Counted from the stretch's first letter, positions 26,143 through 35,480 are shown. The stretch: 64,000 nucleotides of DNA from Planctomycetota bacterium (GCA_052387675.1 JBQTIY010000011.1:212252-276251); one strand, 5' to 3'. Numbers and translations are program-made. The notes: generated from the sequence alone by a model not told the origin.

Positions 26143-27924
26143 CTATGGAACTGCGCCATGCAGGATCGTGACATGGCCGCTGTTTGTGATTCCGAAGTCG
26201 TCTGCTGAGGCGACGCCTAGCACGAGCTCGATCGATCCGTCACCGTCCAGGTCGCCGAAGGCGTTGCGCTCGATACCGACATTGCAGAGCGGAACCTTGT
26301 CACTGATTCGGGCAAACGTCGCATGAAACGGCCCAAGTGCGACGAAAGTCATTCCCCCCGCCGTCAGAGAACAACCCTGCATCGGCCCGTCGAAATGGTC
26401 TGAGATCAGCAAATCCGTGATGCCGTCGCCACTCAAGTCTGCTGCCCCTAGCCAACTCCCAAAGTTGCTCTCACCGAAGGGGTTCTCGTAAAGCGATGGT
26501 GGCTTGGTCACCTTGAGATAGGACTCATAGTCCGGTCCGTAGTGAACGAAGGCCCGGTCCCGGTCGTCGTCGATGAGCAGATCCGTCGTGCCATCCCCAT
26601 CGAGATCGCCAACGCCCATGTGAATCCCGAAGGCTGTCCCCACGCCGAGGGGCTCGGGGCACTCGATGGTTCGAAAGAGTGTGAGGTCGGGACCCAAGTA
26701 AACGTGAGCGCTCCCGATGCTTTGCACACCGCCGATGTCGTCACCGCCTGAAGCTTCGAACAAGTCGTCGATCCCGTCGCCGTTGGCGTCGCCAACCGCA
26801 ATGCAGGAGCCAAAGCCGTGCCCGGCCTCGGGCGTAGGATTCGAGACCCAGATCGAGGAGGTGAAGTCGGGCCCCAGCAGAATGTCGACGCGGCCGGCCT
26901 CTCCAAAGCCCCCGACAGAAGCCTTGTTGATGCTGATGGCAACGTCGCCGTGTGAGTCGTTGTTGAAGTCCCCGATGGCGATGGCGTGCCCGTAGCCCGT
27001 GAACTTGATGCCGGTTCCTGGGCTGTGCAGGATCAGCGTGGGGACTCCTGTAGCGAGCGTTGCACCGCTATAGACGTAGAGCTTTCCGGGCAGGCCAGGC
27101 ACGGGCGGCGCACCAGCGGTTTCACCGATGATCAAGTCATCGAGTTCGTCTCCGTCGAGCCGACCGACTGTCATGCCGACACCAAAGAAACCGTAATAGT
27201 GCGGTAGCTCCGAGTAGAGTGCTGTGAAGTTCGTGTAGTCGGGGCCCCAGAGCACATAGGCAGCGCCGGAGTTTTGAATGCCGAGATAGTCCTCGCCCTC
27301 GGCGCAGCCAACGATGTCGCCGAAACCGTCGCCATTGAAGTCACCGACACCGACGGTGCGACCGAAAAGAGCTCGATCGGTGGGGTTGGGGTTGCTAATC
27401 ACCTGGCCCGTAGCCGGTGTCAAGTAGGGCTGGTCGAGCGGGAGCGTGGCCGGATTCGTCAGCGCACCCGGCACGAGCCCTTGCAACACGATGGGAATGC
27501 CGGAGAACAGCGGGTCAAGCAGCGGCAGCGTGATCGGCATGTCGATGCGGCCGCTCGGCGGAATGGCACCAAGAGCCAGGACGTTTAGGACTTGGCCGAT
27601 GTAGAACGGCCCCTTGGGTGTCCAGACGGGCGTGATGAGCGGCTGCAGGCCGTAGAGCAGCGCCGTGAAATGCCCCGGCGTGCCGGAGAAGTGCAGCGTC
27701 AGTTCGCCTTCAGAGAAGGGCTCACCCTGGATCTGCAGCAGAGGGGCATCCTGCGCCCTGCTGGCGGGAACTAGGGCACTAAACACCACGAGAAGCGCCG
27801 CCCACAGTCCACGTTGCACGAAGTCTCGCCGCAGCGACGGAGGCCCCCCCGCCTTCCCTTGCGGAGCACCCATGACGGAAAGCCTACAGCAATCGGCTCT
27901 CGACTGCTCCTGGGAAAGCATCAT
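26143..27924 (-). CDS. secreted FG-GAP repeat (integrin-alpha-like beta-propeller) protein
   Basis: Seven repeats of the type GDFNGDGFGDIV, GRLDGDELDDLI, GDANGDGIDDLF, GDLDGDGTTDLL, and others. SLRRDFV lies ahead of the hydrophobic segment and is Tat-like. The start is uncertain (27924 or 27873). Confidence 0.75.
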   Translation of the reverse strand: MMLSQEQSRADCCRLSVMGAPQGKAGGPPSLRRDFVQRGLWAALLVVFSALVPASRAQDAPLLQIQGEPFSEGELTLHFSGTPGHFTALLYGLQPLITPVWTPKGPFYIGQVLNVLALGAIPPSGRIDMPITLPLLDPLFSGIPIVLQGLVPGALTNPATLPLDQPYLTPATGQVISNPNPTDRALFGRTVGVGDFNGDGFGDIVGCAEGEDYLGIQNSGAAYVLWGPDYTNFTALYSELPHYYGFFGVGMTVGRLDGDELDDLIIGETAGAPPVPGLPGKLYVYSGATLATGVPTLILHSPGTGIKFTGYGHAIAIGDFNNDSHGDVAISINKASVGGFGEAGRVDILLGPDFTSSIWVSNPTPEAGHGFGSCIAVGDANGDGIDDLFEASGGDDIGGVQSIGSAHVYLGPDLTLFRTIECPEPLGVGTAFGIHMGVGDLDGDGTTDLLIDDDRDRAFVHYGPDYESYLKVTKPPSLYENPFGESNFGSWLGAADLSGDGITDLLISDHFDGPMQGCSLTAGGMTFVALGPFHATFARISDKVPLCNVGIERNAFGDLDGDGSIELVLGVASADDFGITNSGHVTILHGAVP

Positions 27925-27929
27925 GGATG

Positions 27930-27938
27930 CCCCCCCCC
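27930..27938. repeat. homopolymeric C9 tract (G9 on the coding strand)
   Basis: Read directly from the sequence. It lies 5 nt upstream of the ATGATG at 27924/27921. A second C7 tract lies at 27844-27850. Confidence 0.9.
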
Positions 27939-28279
27939 GCGTAACCTGACATTGCGGTCGCCAGAGCGGCTGCGGGTGACGCACTTTGCCCCAGGCCAGC
28001 GGGCGCCACCCCTGGCGTTGTCGCTGCCTTCGTCATGAAAAGGCTCCCGAAGCCGAAACGGCTAAGCCCACTTCGCACAAGGCGGGTAAGCGAACCGTCA
28101 CGAGCGCTGGTGTAATCCCACTCCCCAAATTTCCGCAAGGGGGAAAATTCGTGGGAGGCGAAGTTGTTATCGACTTTCTCGCTCCAGCCGGTCGTTCCCT
28201 GATCAGGTCGGCCGCGGAACGACGCTGGCGCTTTGACCCGCAGTGAAACCCCGTGGCCGCCGCAGAGCGGAGCCGCGAC

Positions 28280-29068
28280 TCAGCCGCCTGGCGCGCGGTC
28301 GGCGGGCGTGAGGCGGCTGTGCCGCTTGCGGACGTCGAAGGTGCGCAGCGCCGCTTCGAGCTGGATGCGCACGCTCATCTTGGACTCGCCGGCGGCGCGA
28401 TCGGGAAACTCGATCGGGACTTCGCGCAGCACGTAGCCGAGGCGCGCGGCGACGTAGGCCATCTCGACTTGGAAGACGTAGCCATTGCTGTGGATGCGCC
28501 GGCCGAGATCCATGCCGAGCAAGGTCTGGCGGCGCCAGAGGCGGAAGCCGCCGGTCGCGTCGCGCAGGCCGATGCTCAGGATGGCGCGTACGTAGAGGCT
28601 GTTGGCGAACCAGGAGAGCAGCTTGCGCCACCAGGCCCAGTCGGGGTCCACGCTGCCGCCCGGCGCGAAGCGGCTGCCCAGCACCATGTCTGCACCCGGC
28701 AGGGCGGCGAGCAAGTCGTGCAGGTACTCCGGCTGGTGGCTGAAGTCGCAGTCCATCTGCAGGATGAGGTCGGCGCCCTCGGCGAGCGCGCGCGCGAAGC
28801 CGGCCAGGTAGGCCTTGCCCAGGCCCTCCTTGCCGCGGCGGTGCAGCACGGCCACGCGGCCAGGATGACGCAGGGCAAGTTGGTCGGCGAGTTGGCCGGT
28901 GCCGTCGGGCGAGGCATCGTCCACGACGAGGATGGACAGCACGGCGGGCTCGGCCGGGTCGGTGGGCGCGGTGAGGCGCAGCGCCAGGAGCGCGGCGACC
29001 ATGCGCTCCAGGTTGTCGGCCTCGTTGTAGGTCGGCAGCACGACGGTGATGCGGAGCGGCTGCGCCAT
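28280..29068 (-). CDS. GT2 polyprenol-phosphate mannosyltransferase-like (Ppm1/DPM1-like)
   Basis: Sequence VVLPTYNEADNLERMV...VVDDASPDGTGQLA...DCDFSHQPE. Confidence 0.85.
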   Translation of the reverse strand: MAQPLRITVVLPTYNEADNLERMVAALLALRLTAPTDPAEPAVLSILVVDDASPDGTGQLADQLALRHPGRVAVLHRRGKEGLGKAYLAGFARALAEGADLILQMDCDFSHQPEYLHDLLAALPGADMVLGSRFAPGGSVDPDWAWWRKLLSWFANSLYVRAILSIGLRDATGGFRLWRRQTLLGMDLGRRIHSNGYVFQVEMAYVAARLGYVLREVPIEFPDRAAGESKMSVRIQLEAALRTFDVRKRHSRLTPADRAPGG

Positions 29069-29176
29069 GTCGCGGTCGCCGACTCTAGCATCCGCTCGCG
29101 GCGCTCGGCGCGCGGGAAGTCGTGCGGGTCATTCCGCACGGGGGCCGGGCGCCTCCGGCTGATATCTTTGGCCTCG

Positions 29177-30529
29177 ATGCGCCTGCGCACCACGATCCTT
29201 CTCGCCGCGGCCGGCACGGGACTGCTGCTCTGGGCGCTGCTCGCCACGGAGCAGGCCGGTGTGGGGACGCGCGCCGACGGCAAGCCGGCCTACCCCTTCG
29301 TTCTGGAGGACCAGGCCGACCGCTGGGTCTACCAGCAGCGCGGCCGCTGGCTGCCCTCCGAGCGCGAGCCCTACGTGGAGGAGCACTCGGAGTATCCGCA
29401 GCTCGCCACCTGGATGTTCGGGCTGCCCTACCTGTTCATGGAGCACTCGGTGCCGGTGGGCCGCGCGCAGACGTCGGCCGAGTTCACGGCCGCGCGCGAG
29501 GACTCGCGGGCCTACTTCGACCGGCACCACGTGTCCATGGCCCTGGGCTATTTCGCACTGCTGGCGCTGACGGCCGCGGTGCTGCGGCAGCTCGGCCACT
29601 CGCCCGGCTACGCGCTCTTGCTGCTGCTGCCCGGCACGGCGTATTTCTCCTTCAATCGTTTCGATGCCTGGCCGGCCGCCTTCGTGGCGCTGGCCTGCCT
29701 GCTGCAGTTCCGCGGGCGGCGCAACGGCGCGGCGGCGGCGCTGGCTCTCGGCGCGATGATGAAGTGGTACCCCGCACTGTTGCTGCCGCTCTTTCTGGCC
29801 CACAATCTTTGGAGTGAGCACGACGCCAAAGGTCGTGGCGGCGTGTCGGTGGGCCGGTTGTTCGCGGCGCTGCCGCGCGCCGTACTCGTGCCGGGACTGG
29901 TGGCCGGTGCTGTGATCACGGCCATCCTCAGTGTCAGCTACGTCGGCGGCGGCTGGGAGGCGGTCACACACGTCTACAGCCATCACGCCGGGCGCGTGCA
30001 CAACCCGCCTTCGCTGGCGGCGGCGATCTTGGAGCCCTGGCGCTGGGGCCTGCTGCCGCTCGAGAGCTTCCCGCGCGTGTACCAGTGGCTCACGGTGCTG
30101 CAGTTCCTGCCGGCCGTGCTGCTGGCCCTTGTGCCGATCCGCAGCCGGACGGCACTGCTCTGGGCCTGCCTGGCCGTCGTGGTGGGCTTTGCCGAGTTCG
30201 GCAAGGTCTTCTCGCCGCAGTGGATCTGCTGGGTCTCGCCGCTGGCCCTGCTGCTGGCGCCCGGCCGGCGCACCCTGCTCGGCCTCATCGTGGCGCTCGA
30301 ACTGCTCATCTACCTGCAGATCCCGCTGCTCTTCTACTCGCACATGACCACTCCGGAGGCGGCCGCGGCCCTGGCGCGCGGCCAACCGGCCATTCCGCCG
30401 GAAGCCTTTTTCTGGTGGGTCAGCGATGGGCGCCATCTGCTGCTCTTTGGGCTGTGGGCGTGGAGTCTGGCTGCTTTCCTGCGTACCGTGTCGCGCGGCG
30501 CCGAGGCCCCCGCCCCCGCCCTGCGCTAG
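29177..30529 (+). CDS. GT-C fold integral membrane glycosyltransferase (DUF2029/GT87-like)
   Basis: ATG at 29177. Polytopic. HSEYPQLA and MKWYPALLLPLF motifs. The upstream third of the 758-aa track ORF is antisense shadow of the GT2 gene. Confidence 0.6.
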   Translation: MRLRTTILLAAAGTGLLLWALLATEQAGVGTRADGKPAYPFVLEDQADRWVYQQRGRWLPSEREPYVEEHSEYPQLATWMFGLPYLFMEHSVPVGRAQTSAEFTAAREDSRAYFDRHHVSMALGYFALLALTAAVLRQLGHSPGYALLLLLPGTAYFSFNRFDAWPAAFVALACLLQFRGRRNGAAAALALGAMMKWYPALLLPLFLAHNLWSEHDAKGRGGVSVGRLFAALPRAVLVPGLVAGAVITAILSVSYVGGGWEAVTHVYSHHAGRVHNPPSLAAAILEPWRWGLLPLESFPRVYQWLTVLQFLPAVLLALVPIRSRTALLWACLAVVVGFAEFGKVFSPQWICWVSPLALLLAPGRRTLLGLIVALELLIYLQIPLLFYSHMTTPEAAAALARGQPAIPPEAFFWWVSDGRHLLLFGLWAWSLAAFLRTVSRGAEAPAPALR

Positions 30530-30545
30530 AGTCCCCCGCCCCAAA

Positions 30546-30609
30546 AAGCCCCGCGCCGAAGAACCCCGCGTCGAGAAGCCCTGCGTCGAAAAGCCCTGCG
30601 TCGAAAAGC
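30546..30609 (+). repeat. 15-bp tandem repeat, about 4.3 copies
   Basis: AAGCCCCGCGCCGAA GAACCCCGCGTCGAG AAGCCCTGCGTCGAA AAGCCCTGCGTCGAA AAGC, abutting the ATG at 30610. Confidence 0.85.
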
Positions 30610-31800
30610 ATGGACCCGCTGAAAACTGACTGCCGCCACTTCCGGCCCGACCGCCCCTGCGCGCCCCACAAGGCGCACGGCGTGATCTGCGCCACGTGCA
30701 CCACGGATTACGACCCGGTGGCGCGGCGCGTGCTCATCGTGAAGTTGGCCGCGATCGGCGATGTGCTGCGCACCACCTGCTTGCTGCCCGGTATTCACCG
30801 GCGCTGGCCGGGCAGCCATGTCACCTGGATCACCGCACCCGGCGCCGTGGAGCTCTTCGCGGGCAACCGCCTCGTGGATCGCGTGCTGGCCTGGAAGAGC
30901 ACGCCGGGCGCCGGCGCGCCGCTCGAACTGCTGGCCGAGAGTTTCGACGTGATCCTCAACACCGACACCGCGGGCGATGCCTGCGCGCTGGCGCACGTGG
31001 CGCGCCTGTCGCCCGGCGGGCAGCGCGTGGGCTTCGATCTCGATGCGCGCGGCGCGCCGCTGCCGCTCTCGCCGGCCGCCGAGACCTGGCTGGAACTCGG
31101 CGTGCGCGACGACAAGAAGCGCCAGAACACGCGCACCTATCAAGATCACATGGCCGCGATCTTGGGCGTGGACGACCGTCAGGAGCCGCCGATTCTGGAG
31201 TTGGACGAGGCGGCGCTCGGCAAGGGCCGTGCGGTCCTCGCGCGCATGGCGGTCGGCGCCCCACGCGGCCGCAGCGCCATTGTGGGACTGAACACCGGCG
31301 CCGGCGGACGCTGGCGCTTCAAGCGCTGGACTGAAACCGGCTACACGCAGCTCATCGCGCGGCTGGCGCGCGACGGCCACCGCGTGCTCTTGCTCGGCGG
31401 GCCCGAGGAAGTCGAGCGCAATCAGCGGCTCGCGCAGCAGAGCGGCGGGGCAGCCTTCGACACCGGCGGCGACAACAGCCTGCGCGAGTTCGCCGGCATC
31501 ATCGAGCAGTGCGATGTTGTCGTGACCGGCGACACCCTCGCGCTGCACATTGCCAGCGCCCGCAGAAAGCGCCTCGTGGCACTCTTCGGCCCCACCTCGC
31601 TGCACGAGATCGAGGTCTTCGGGCGCGGCGAACGCCTGGCCCCCGAGCTTGATTGCTTGGTCTGCTACAAGACCGACTGCGACTTCGTGCCCAACTGCAT
31701 GGAGTCGCTCAGCACCGAGGTGGTGCACGCCGCCGTGCTGCGGCAGATTGCCGCGCTGCACTCGGAGACGGCCAAGCCGGCTCCGCAGGCGCGTCGATGA
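30610..31800 (+). CDS. glycosyltransferase family 9 (heptosyltransferase-like) with Cys-rich N-terminus
   Basis: Sequence RVLIVKLAAIGDVLRTT...NTGAGGRWRFKRW...VVTGDTLALHIA. N-terminal CRHF..PC..H..H..CATC. Confidence 0.8.
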   Translation: MDPLKTDCRHFRPDRPCAPHKAHGVICATCTTDYDPVARRVLIVKLAAIGDVLRTTCLLPGIHRRWPGSHVTWITAPGAVELFAGNRLVDRVLAWKSTPGAGAPLELLAESFDVILNTDTAGDACALAHVARLSPGGQRVGFDLDARGAPLPLSPAAETWLELGVRDDKKRQNTRTYQDHMAAILGVDDRQEPPILELDEAALGKGRAVLARMAVGAPRGRSAIVGLNTGAGGRWRFKRWTETGYTQLIARLARDGHRVLLLGGPEEVERNQRLAQQSGGAAFDTGGDNSLREFAGIIEQCDVVVTGDTLALHIASARRKRLVALFGPTSLHEIEVFGRGERLAPELDCLVCYKTDCDFVPNCMESLSTEVVHAAVLRQIAALHSETAKPAPQARR

Positions 31801-32579
31801 GCGCCCAGCCGAGTCCCGCGAAGCACGCGGCCGCGGGTGCCGGCGCAGTGGGCCGCATCGTCGTCACCGTGCCGACCTACAACGAGATCGAGAACATCGT
31901 CTCGCTGTGCCGCGCGATCTTGGGCCAGGACGGCCGCATCGAGGTGCTCGTGGTGGATGACAACTCGCCCGACGGCACGTGGCGCGCCGTGGCCGAACTC
32001 GCCGCGACGGAGCCGCGCGTGCGTCTGCTGCATCGCACCACCGACCGCGGCCGCGGCCGCGCCGGCCGCGCCGGCTTTCTGGCCGCGCTCGAACGCCAAG
32101 CGGACCTGGTCTTCGAGATGGATGCTGACTGGAGCCATCACCCCGAGCACCTGCCCGCGATGATCGCGGCGCTGGGCGCGCACGACGTCGTGCTGGGCAG
32201 CCGGCAAGTGCCGGGCGGCGCCGACATCGGGCGGCCGCCGGCGCGCATCTGGCTCACACACGCGAGCAACCTCTACGTGCGCCTCGTGCTCGGCCTGCCG
32301 GTGCGCGACTGCAACAGCGGCTACCGCGGCTTCCGCGCCAGCGCGCTGCGCGCCATCGAAGTGGAGTCGGCTTTCTCGCCGGGCCCCGCCCTGGTGCACG
32401 AACTGCTCTACAAAGCCAAGGTCCGCCGACTGCGCCTCACCGAGGTGCCGATTCAGTTCCGAGAGCGCGAGCGCGGCACGTCCACGCTCACATTCGCCAC
32501 GCTCTTGCGCTCCTACACGACGATCCTGCGCCTGCGCTGGCTCGGGCTCACCGGCCGGCTCTTCGCGAGGGCGGCATGA
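31797..32579 (+). CDS. GT2 polyprenol-phosphate mannosyltransferase-like (second copy)
   Basis: ATGA overlap with the GT9 stop. Sequence VTVPTYNEIENI...VVDDNSPDGTWRAV...DADWSHHPE. Confidence 0.85.
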   Translation: MSAQPSPAKHAAAGAGAVGRIVVTVPTYNEIENIVSLCRAILGQDGRIEVLVVDDNSPDGTWRAVAELAATEPRVRLLHRTTDRGRGRAGRAGFLAALERQADLVFEMDADWSHHPEHLPAMIAALGAHDVVLGSRQVPGGADIGRPPARIWLTHASNLYVRLVLGLPVRDCNSGYRGFRASALRAIEVESAFSPGPALVHELLYKAKVRRLRLTEVPIQFRERERGTSTLTFATLLRSYTTILRLRWLGLTGRLFARAA

Positions 32580-34069
32580 GGAACACCCAGGCTGGTCGAG
32601 GCTTGGCGCGCCTGCTGCTGAGTGGCCTTGCCCTGATGAGTGGTCTCGCCTTGGGAGGCTTGGCGGTTGCTGCCTGCGGCGACAGCGCGCCGCCGCCCCC
32701 GCGCTGGAACGTGCTGGTGCTCACGCTCGACACGGTGCGCGCCGACCGCCTCGGCGCCTACGGACACACCGCACGCGACATCACCCCACACCTCGACGCT
32801 CTGGCGGCCGAGAGCGTGCTCTTCGAGCAGGCCTTCTCCAACAGCAGTTTCACGCCGCCCACGCACGCCTCGATCTTCACCGGCCTGCTGCCCGCCGAGC
32901 ACGGCCTGCTGCACTGGAACTACCAGCTCGCCAAGGGCGTGAAAACCGCAGCCGAGATTTTCAGCGAGGCCGGCTATCGCACCGGCGCCTTCACACCGAT
33001 GCAGACGCTCCTCAGTCTGGGCCTGCGCCGCGGCTTCGAGGAGAAGCAAAGCCCGCCCTACCAGAAGGTGCAGACCGCGCTGGGCGAACAGGTGGTGCTG
33101 GCCGACGCGGATGCGCTCAACGCCGCCGCGCTGCCGTGGCTCACCTCGAGCAGCAGCCAGCCCTTCTTTGCCTGGATCCATTACTACGACGCGCATCGGC
33201 CCTACGGCCGGCAGGGCGCCGAATGGGCCGGGCGCTACACCGAGCGCGACGACTTCCGGCTCGGCGCAGAAGCGGTCGGCGCGATCGAGCAGTGGTACCA
33301 GCTCACGCCGGCCAAGCGCGCCGCCATGGGCCTCACCCCCGAGCAGACACAGATCATCAAGGACAAGTACGACGGCGGCCTCTCCTATTTGGACGACCGC
33401 GTCGGCCGGCTGCTTGCCGAGCTGCGGCGCAGCGGCGTGCTGGAGCGCACGCTGCTCATCGTGCTGGCCGATCACGGAGAAGTGCTGGACGAGCACGAAG
33501 AGGAGTGGTTCTCGCACGACCCCCATCTCTGGACTGAGAACACGCACATTCCGCTGCTGATCCGCTTCCCGGACGGCATGCACGCCAAGCAGCGCGTGCC
33601 CGGCTTGGTCAGCCAAGTGGATGTGCTGCCCACGCTGCTAGACCTCTTCCGCTTGCCGCCCGGTGATCCTGAGCCCGCCGGCCGGAGCCTGCTGCCGTTC
33701 ATCGAGGTGGCCGCCCGAGGCGAGACTCTGCCGCCGCGCGTCGTGCTGGCCGATCGCATCGGCGATGACCGCGTGCCGGAGAACGCGCCTCCCGAACGCC
33801 TGGCCCAGAAGCGCGACCACAAGCGCAGTGTGCGCAAAGGCGAGCACCTGCTGCTCGTGGAACACGACCGCGGCAATCGCACGACACTGCACACCGTCGA
33901 AGGCGGCGCCCGCGAGGCGCGCGACATCTCGGCCGACGAGCCCAAACTTCTCGAACAACTCCTGCGCATCTACGGTGATCTGCTTTCGGCACTGCGCAGG
34001 CCAGCCGACACGCAGTCGAGCGATCTGGACGAGAACGACCGGATCTTCCTCGATCAGATGGGCTACTAG
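32576..34069 (+). CDS. sulfatase-like hydrolase/transferase (alkaline-phosphatase superfamily) lipoprotein
   Basis: ATGA overlap with the upstream stop. Lipobox AVAAC. Sequence LTLDTVRADRLG...SSFTPPTHASIFTG...LADHGE. Confidence 0.8.
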   Translation: MRNTQAGRGLARLLLSGLALMSGLALGGLAVAACGDSAPPPPRWNVLVLTLDTVRADRLGAYGHTARDITPHLDALAAESVLFEQAFSNSSFTPPTHASIFTGLLPAEHGLLHWNYQLAKGVKTAAEIFSEAGYRTGAFTPMQTLLSLGLRRGFEEKQSPPYQKVQTALGEQVVLADADALNAAALPWLTSSSSQPFFAWIHYYDAHRPYGRQGAEWAGRYTERDDFRLGAEAVGAIEQWYQLTPAKRAAMGLTPEQTQIIKDKYDGGLSYLDDRVGRLLAELRRSGVLERTLLIVLADHGEVLDEHEEEWFSHDPHLWTENTHIPLLIRFPDGMHAKQRVPGLVSQVDVLPTLLDLFRLPPGDPEPAGRSLLPFIEVAARGETLPPRVVLADRIGDDRVPENAPPERLAQKRDHKRSVRKGEHLLLVEHDRGNRTTLHTVEGGAREARDISADEPKLLEQLLRIYGDLLSALRRPADTQSSDLDENDRIFLDQMGY

Positions 34070-34072
34070 CGC

Positions 34073-35431
34073 ATGAGCGGCGCGCGGGGCCCGCGACTCT
34101 GGACCGCGCTGCTCATCGGCCTCGCACTGCTCTTCCCAGTGGGCGCGCTGCTGCAACCCTGGCTCTGGCCCGCGCGCTCGCAACTGCCGGCCGTGCCGCG
34201 TCAGCTCAACCAGCCGGTGATCCTCATCACCGTGGCGGGGCTGCGCGCCGACAGACTGCACCACTTGGGCTACGCGCGAGCGACGTCGCCGTCCATCGAC
34301 CGCCTGGCCGACTCCGGTGTGAGCTTCCAGACCTTCTACGCCAGCAGCAACGATGCGCTGAGCACGGCCGCCGCGCTGCTCACCGGACTTTGCCCGCTGC
34401 AAACGGGCCTGGGGTCGGCGCCGCCCGGACCGGCCGGGCCGGGGCGCAGCGACGCGCGTGTCCTGCCGGCTGAGCAGGAGACTCTCGCCGAGCGCGCACT
34501 CGCGGCGCGCTACAGCACCGCCGCCGTGCTCTCCAATCCCGCGCTCATCGGGCACGGCCTCGAACAGGGCTTCAGCCAAGTGGCGGCCTTGCCCGGCGCG
34601 ACAGCCGAGCAGGCGCTCAGCGCGGCGGCAGCGCTCCTGCCCTCCTTGGGCGATCGCTTCCTCTTGTGGATCGACCTCGGCGACCTCTGCGCGCCCTACG
34701 GCGGCGACTCACTGGACCTCGCGCGCTTCGCTCCGGACGCGCCGCCGGGCTTCGGCTCGCAGCCCGGTGACTACGACCTCGATGAGGCGAGCCTCGCGGC
34801 GCGCGGCTTCGGCGCGCGCGAGCGCGCTTGGCTCTCGGCGCGCTACGACGCGGCGCTCTTTGCGCTCGATGCGGCCGTCGGGCGCTTCGTGGAAACGCTC
34901 TCGGCGCAGAACCGCCTGCACACGCTCACGCTCTGCCTCACCGGCCTGCGCGGCGAGCGGCTGGACGAGCGCGCCGGCCGCGCCTTCACGCACGGCGTCG
35001 ACCTCTACGAGCCGAGCCTGCGCGTGCCCTTCGTGCTCACGCTGCCGGCCAAGTTTGTGCGCGGGCTGCGCCTCGACCGCCTCGGCCACTCCGTGGATGT
35101 CGCCCCCACGCTCGCCGACCTGGGCCTGCGGCAGGCCTGGCCCGGCACGAGCGGCATCTCGCTGGCCGTCGCGATTCGCTATCAGCAGCACCCCAACAAG
35201 TTCATCTTTGCGCAGGGAGCGCTGCAGCCGCGCCGAGACGAGCCCGCGCTGGCCGGTCAGGTGCTGCGCCTGCCCACGCACAAGCTCATCACCAACGCCA
35301 CCTTCACGCGCAACGAGCTGTACCTCATCGCCTCCGATCCGGGCGAGACGACGCCGGTGGCGGTGAATGCCCTGCAGCTCGATGTGCTCGCCGGGCACGG
35401 CCGCGCCTGGTTCGACGCCTGCGTGCGCTGA
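34073..35431 (+). CDS. sulfatase-like protein, catalytic motif apparently degenerate
   Basis: Sequence ILITVAGLRADRL...SPSIDRLADSGVSF. The nucleophile-motif position reads DALSTAAALLTG. Confidence 0.7.
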   Translation: MSGARGPRLWTALLIGLALLFPVGALLQPWLWPARSQLPAVPRQLNQPVILITVAGLRADRLHHLGYARATSPSIDRLADSGVSFQTFYASSNDALSTAAALLTGLCPLQTGLGSAPPGPAGPGRSDARVLPAEQETLAERALAARYSTAAVLSNPALIGHGLEQGFSQVAALPGATAEQALSAAAALLPSLGDRFLLWIDLGDLCAPYGGDSLDLARFAPDAPPGFGSQPGDYDLDEASLAARGFGARERAWLSARYDAALFALDAAVGRFVETLSAQNRLHTLTLCLTGLRGERLDERAGRAFTHGVDLYEPSLRVPFVLTLPAKFVRGLRLDRLGHSVDVAPTLADLGLRQAWPGTSGISLAVAIRYQQHPNKFIFAQGALQPRRDEPALAGQVLRLPTHKLITNATFTRNELYLIASDPGETTPVAVNALQLDVLAGHGRAWFDACVR

Positions 35432-35480
35432 GCGCGCCGGCGCAGCGGCCGCGGCCCGTCGCCCTGCGCTGGGCGCGGCT

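Noticed and set aside
28253-29176. N-terminal 300 aa of the 758-aa plus-strand ORF
   Set aside because: This part mirrors the GT2 gene on the opposite strand. The membrane protein begins convincingly only at the ATG at 29177.
30546-30609. CRISPR-like array
   Set aside because: The units are 15 bp and directly tandem, with no spacers. No cas genes are present.
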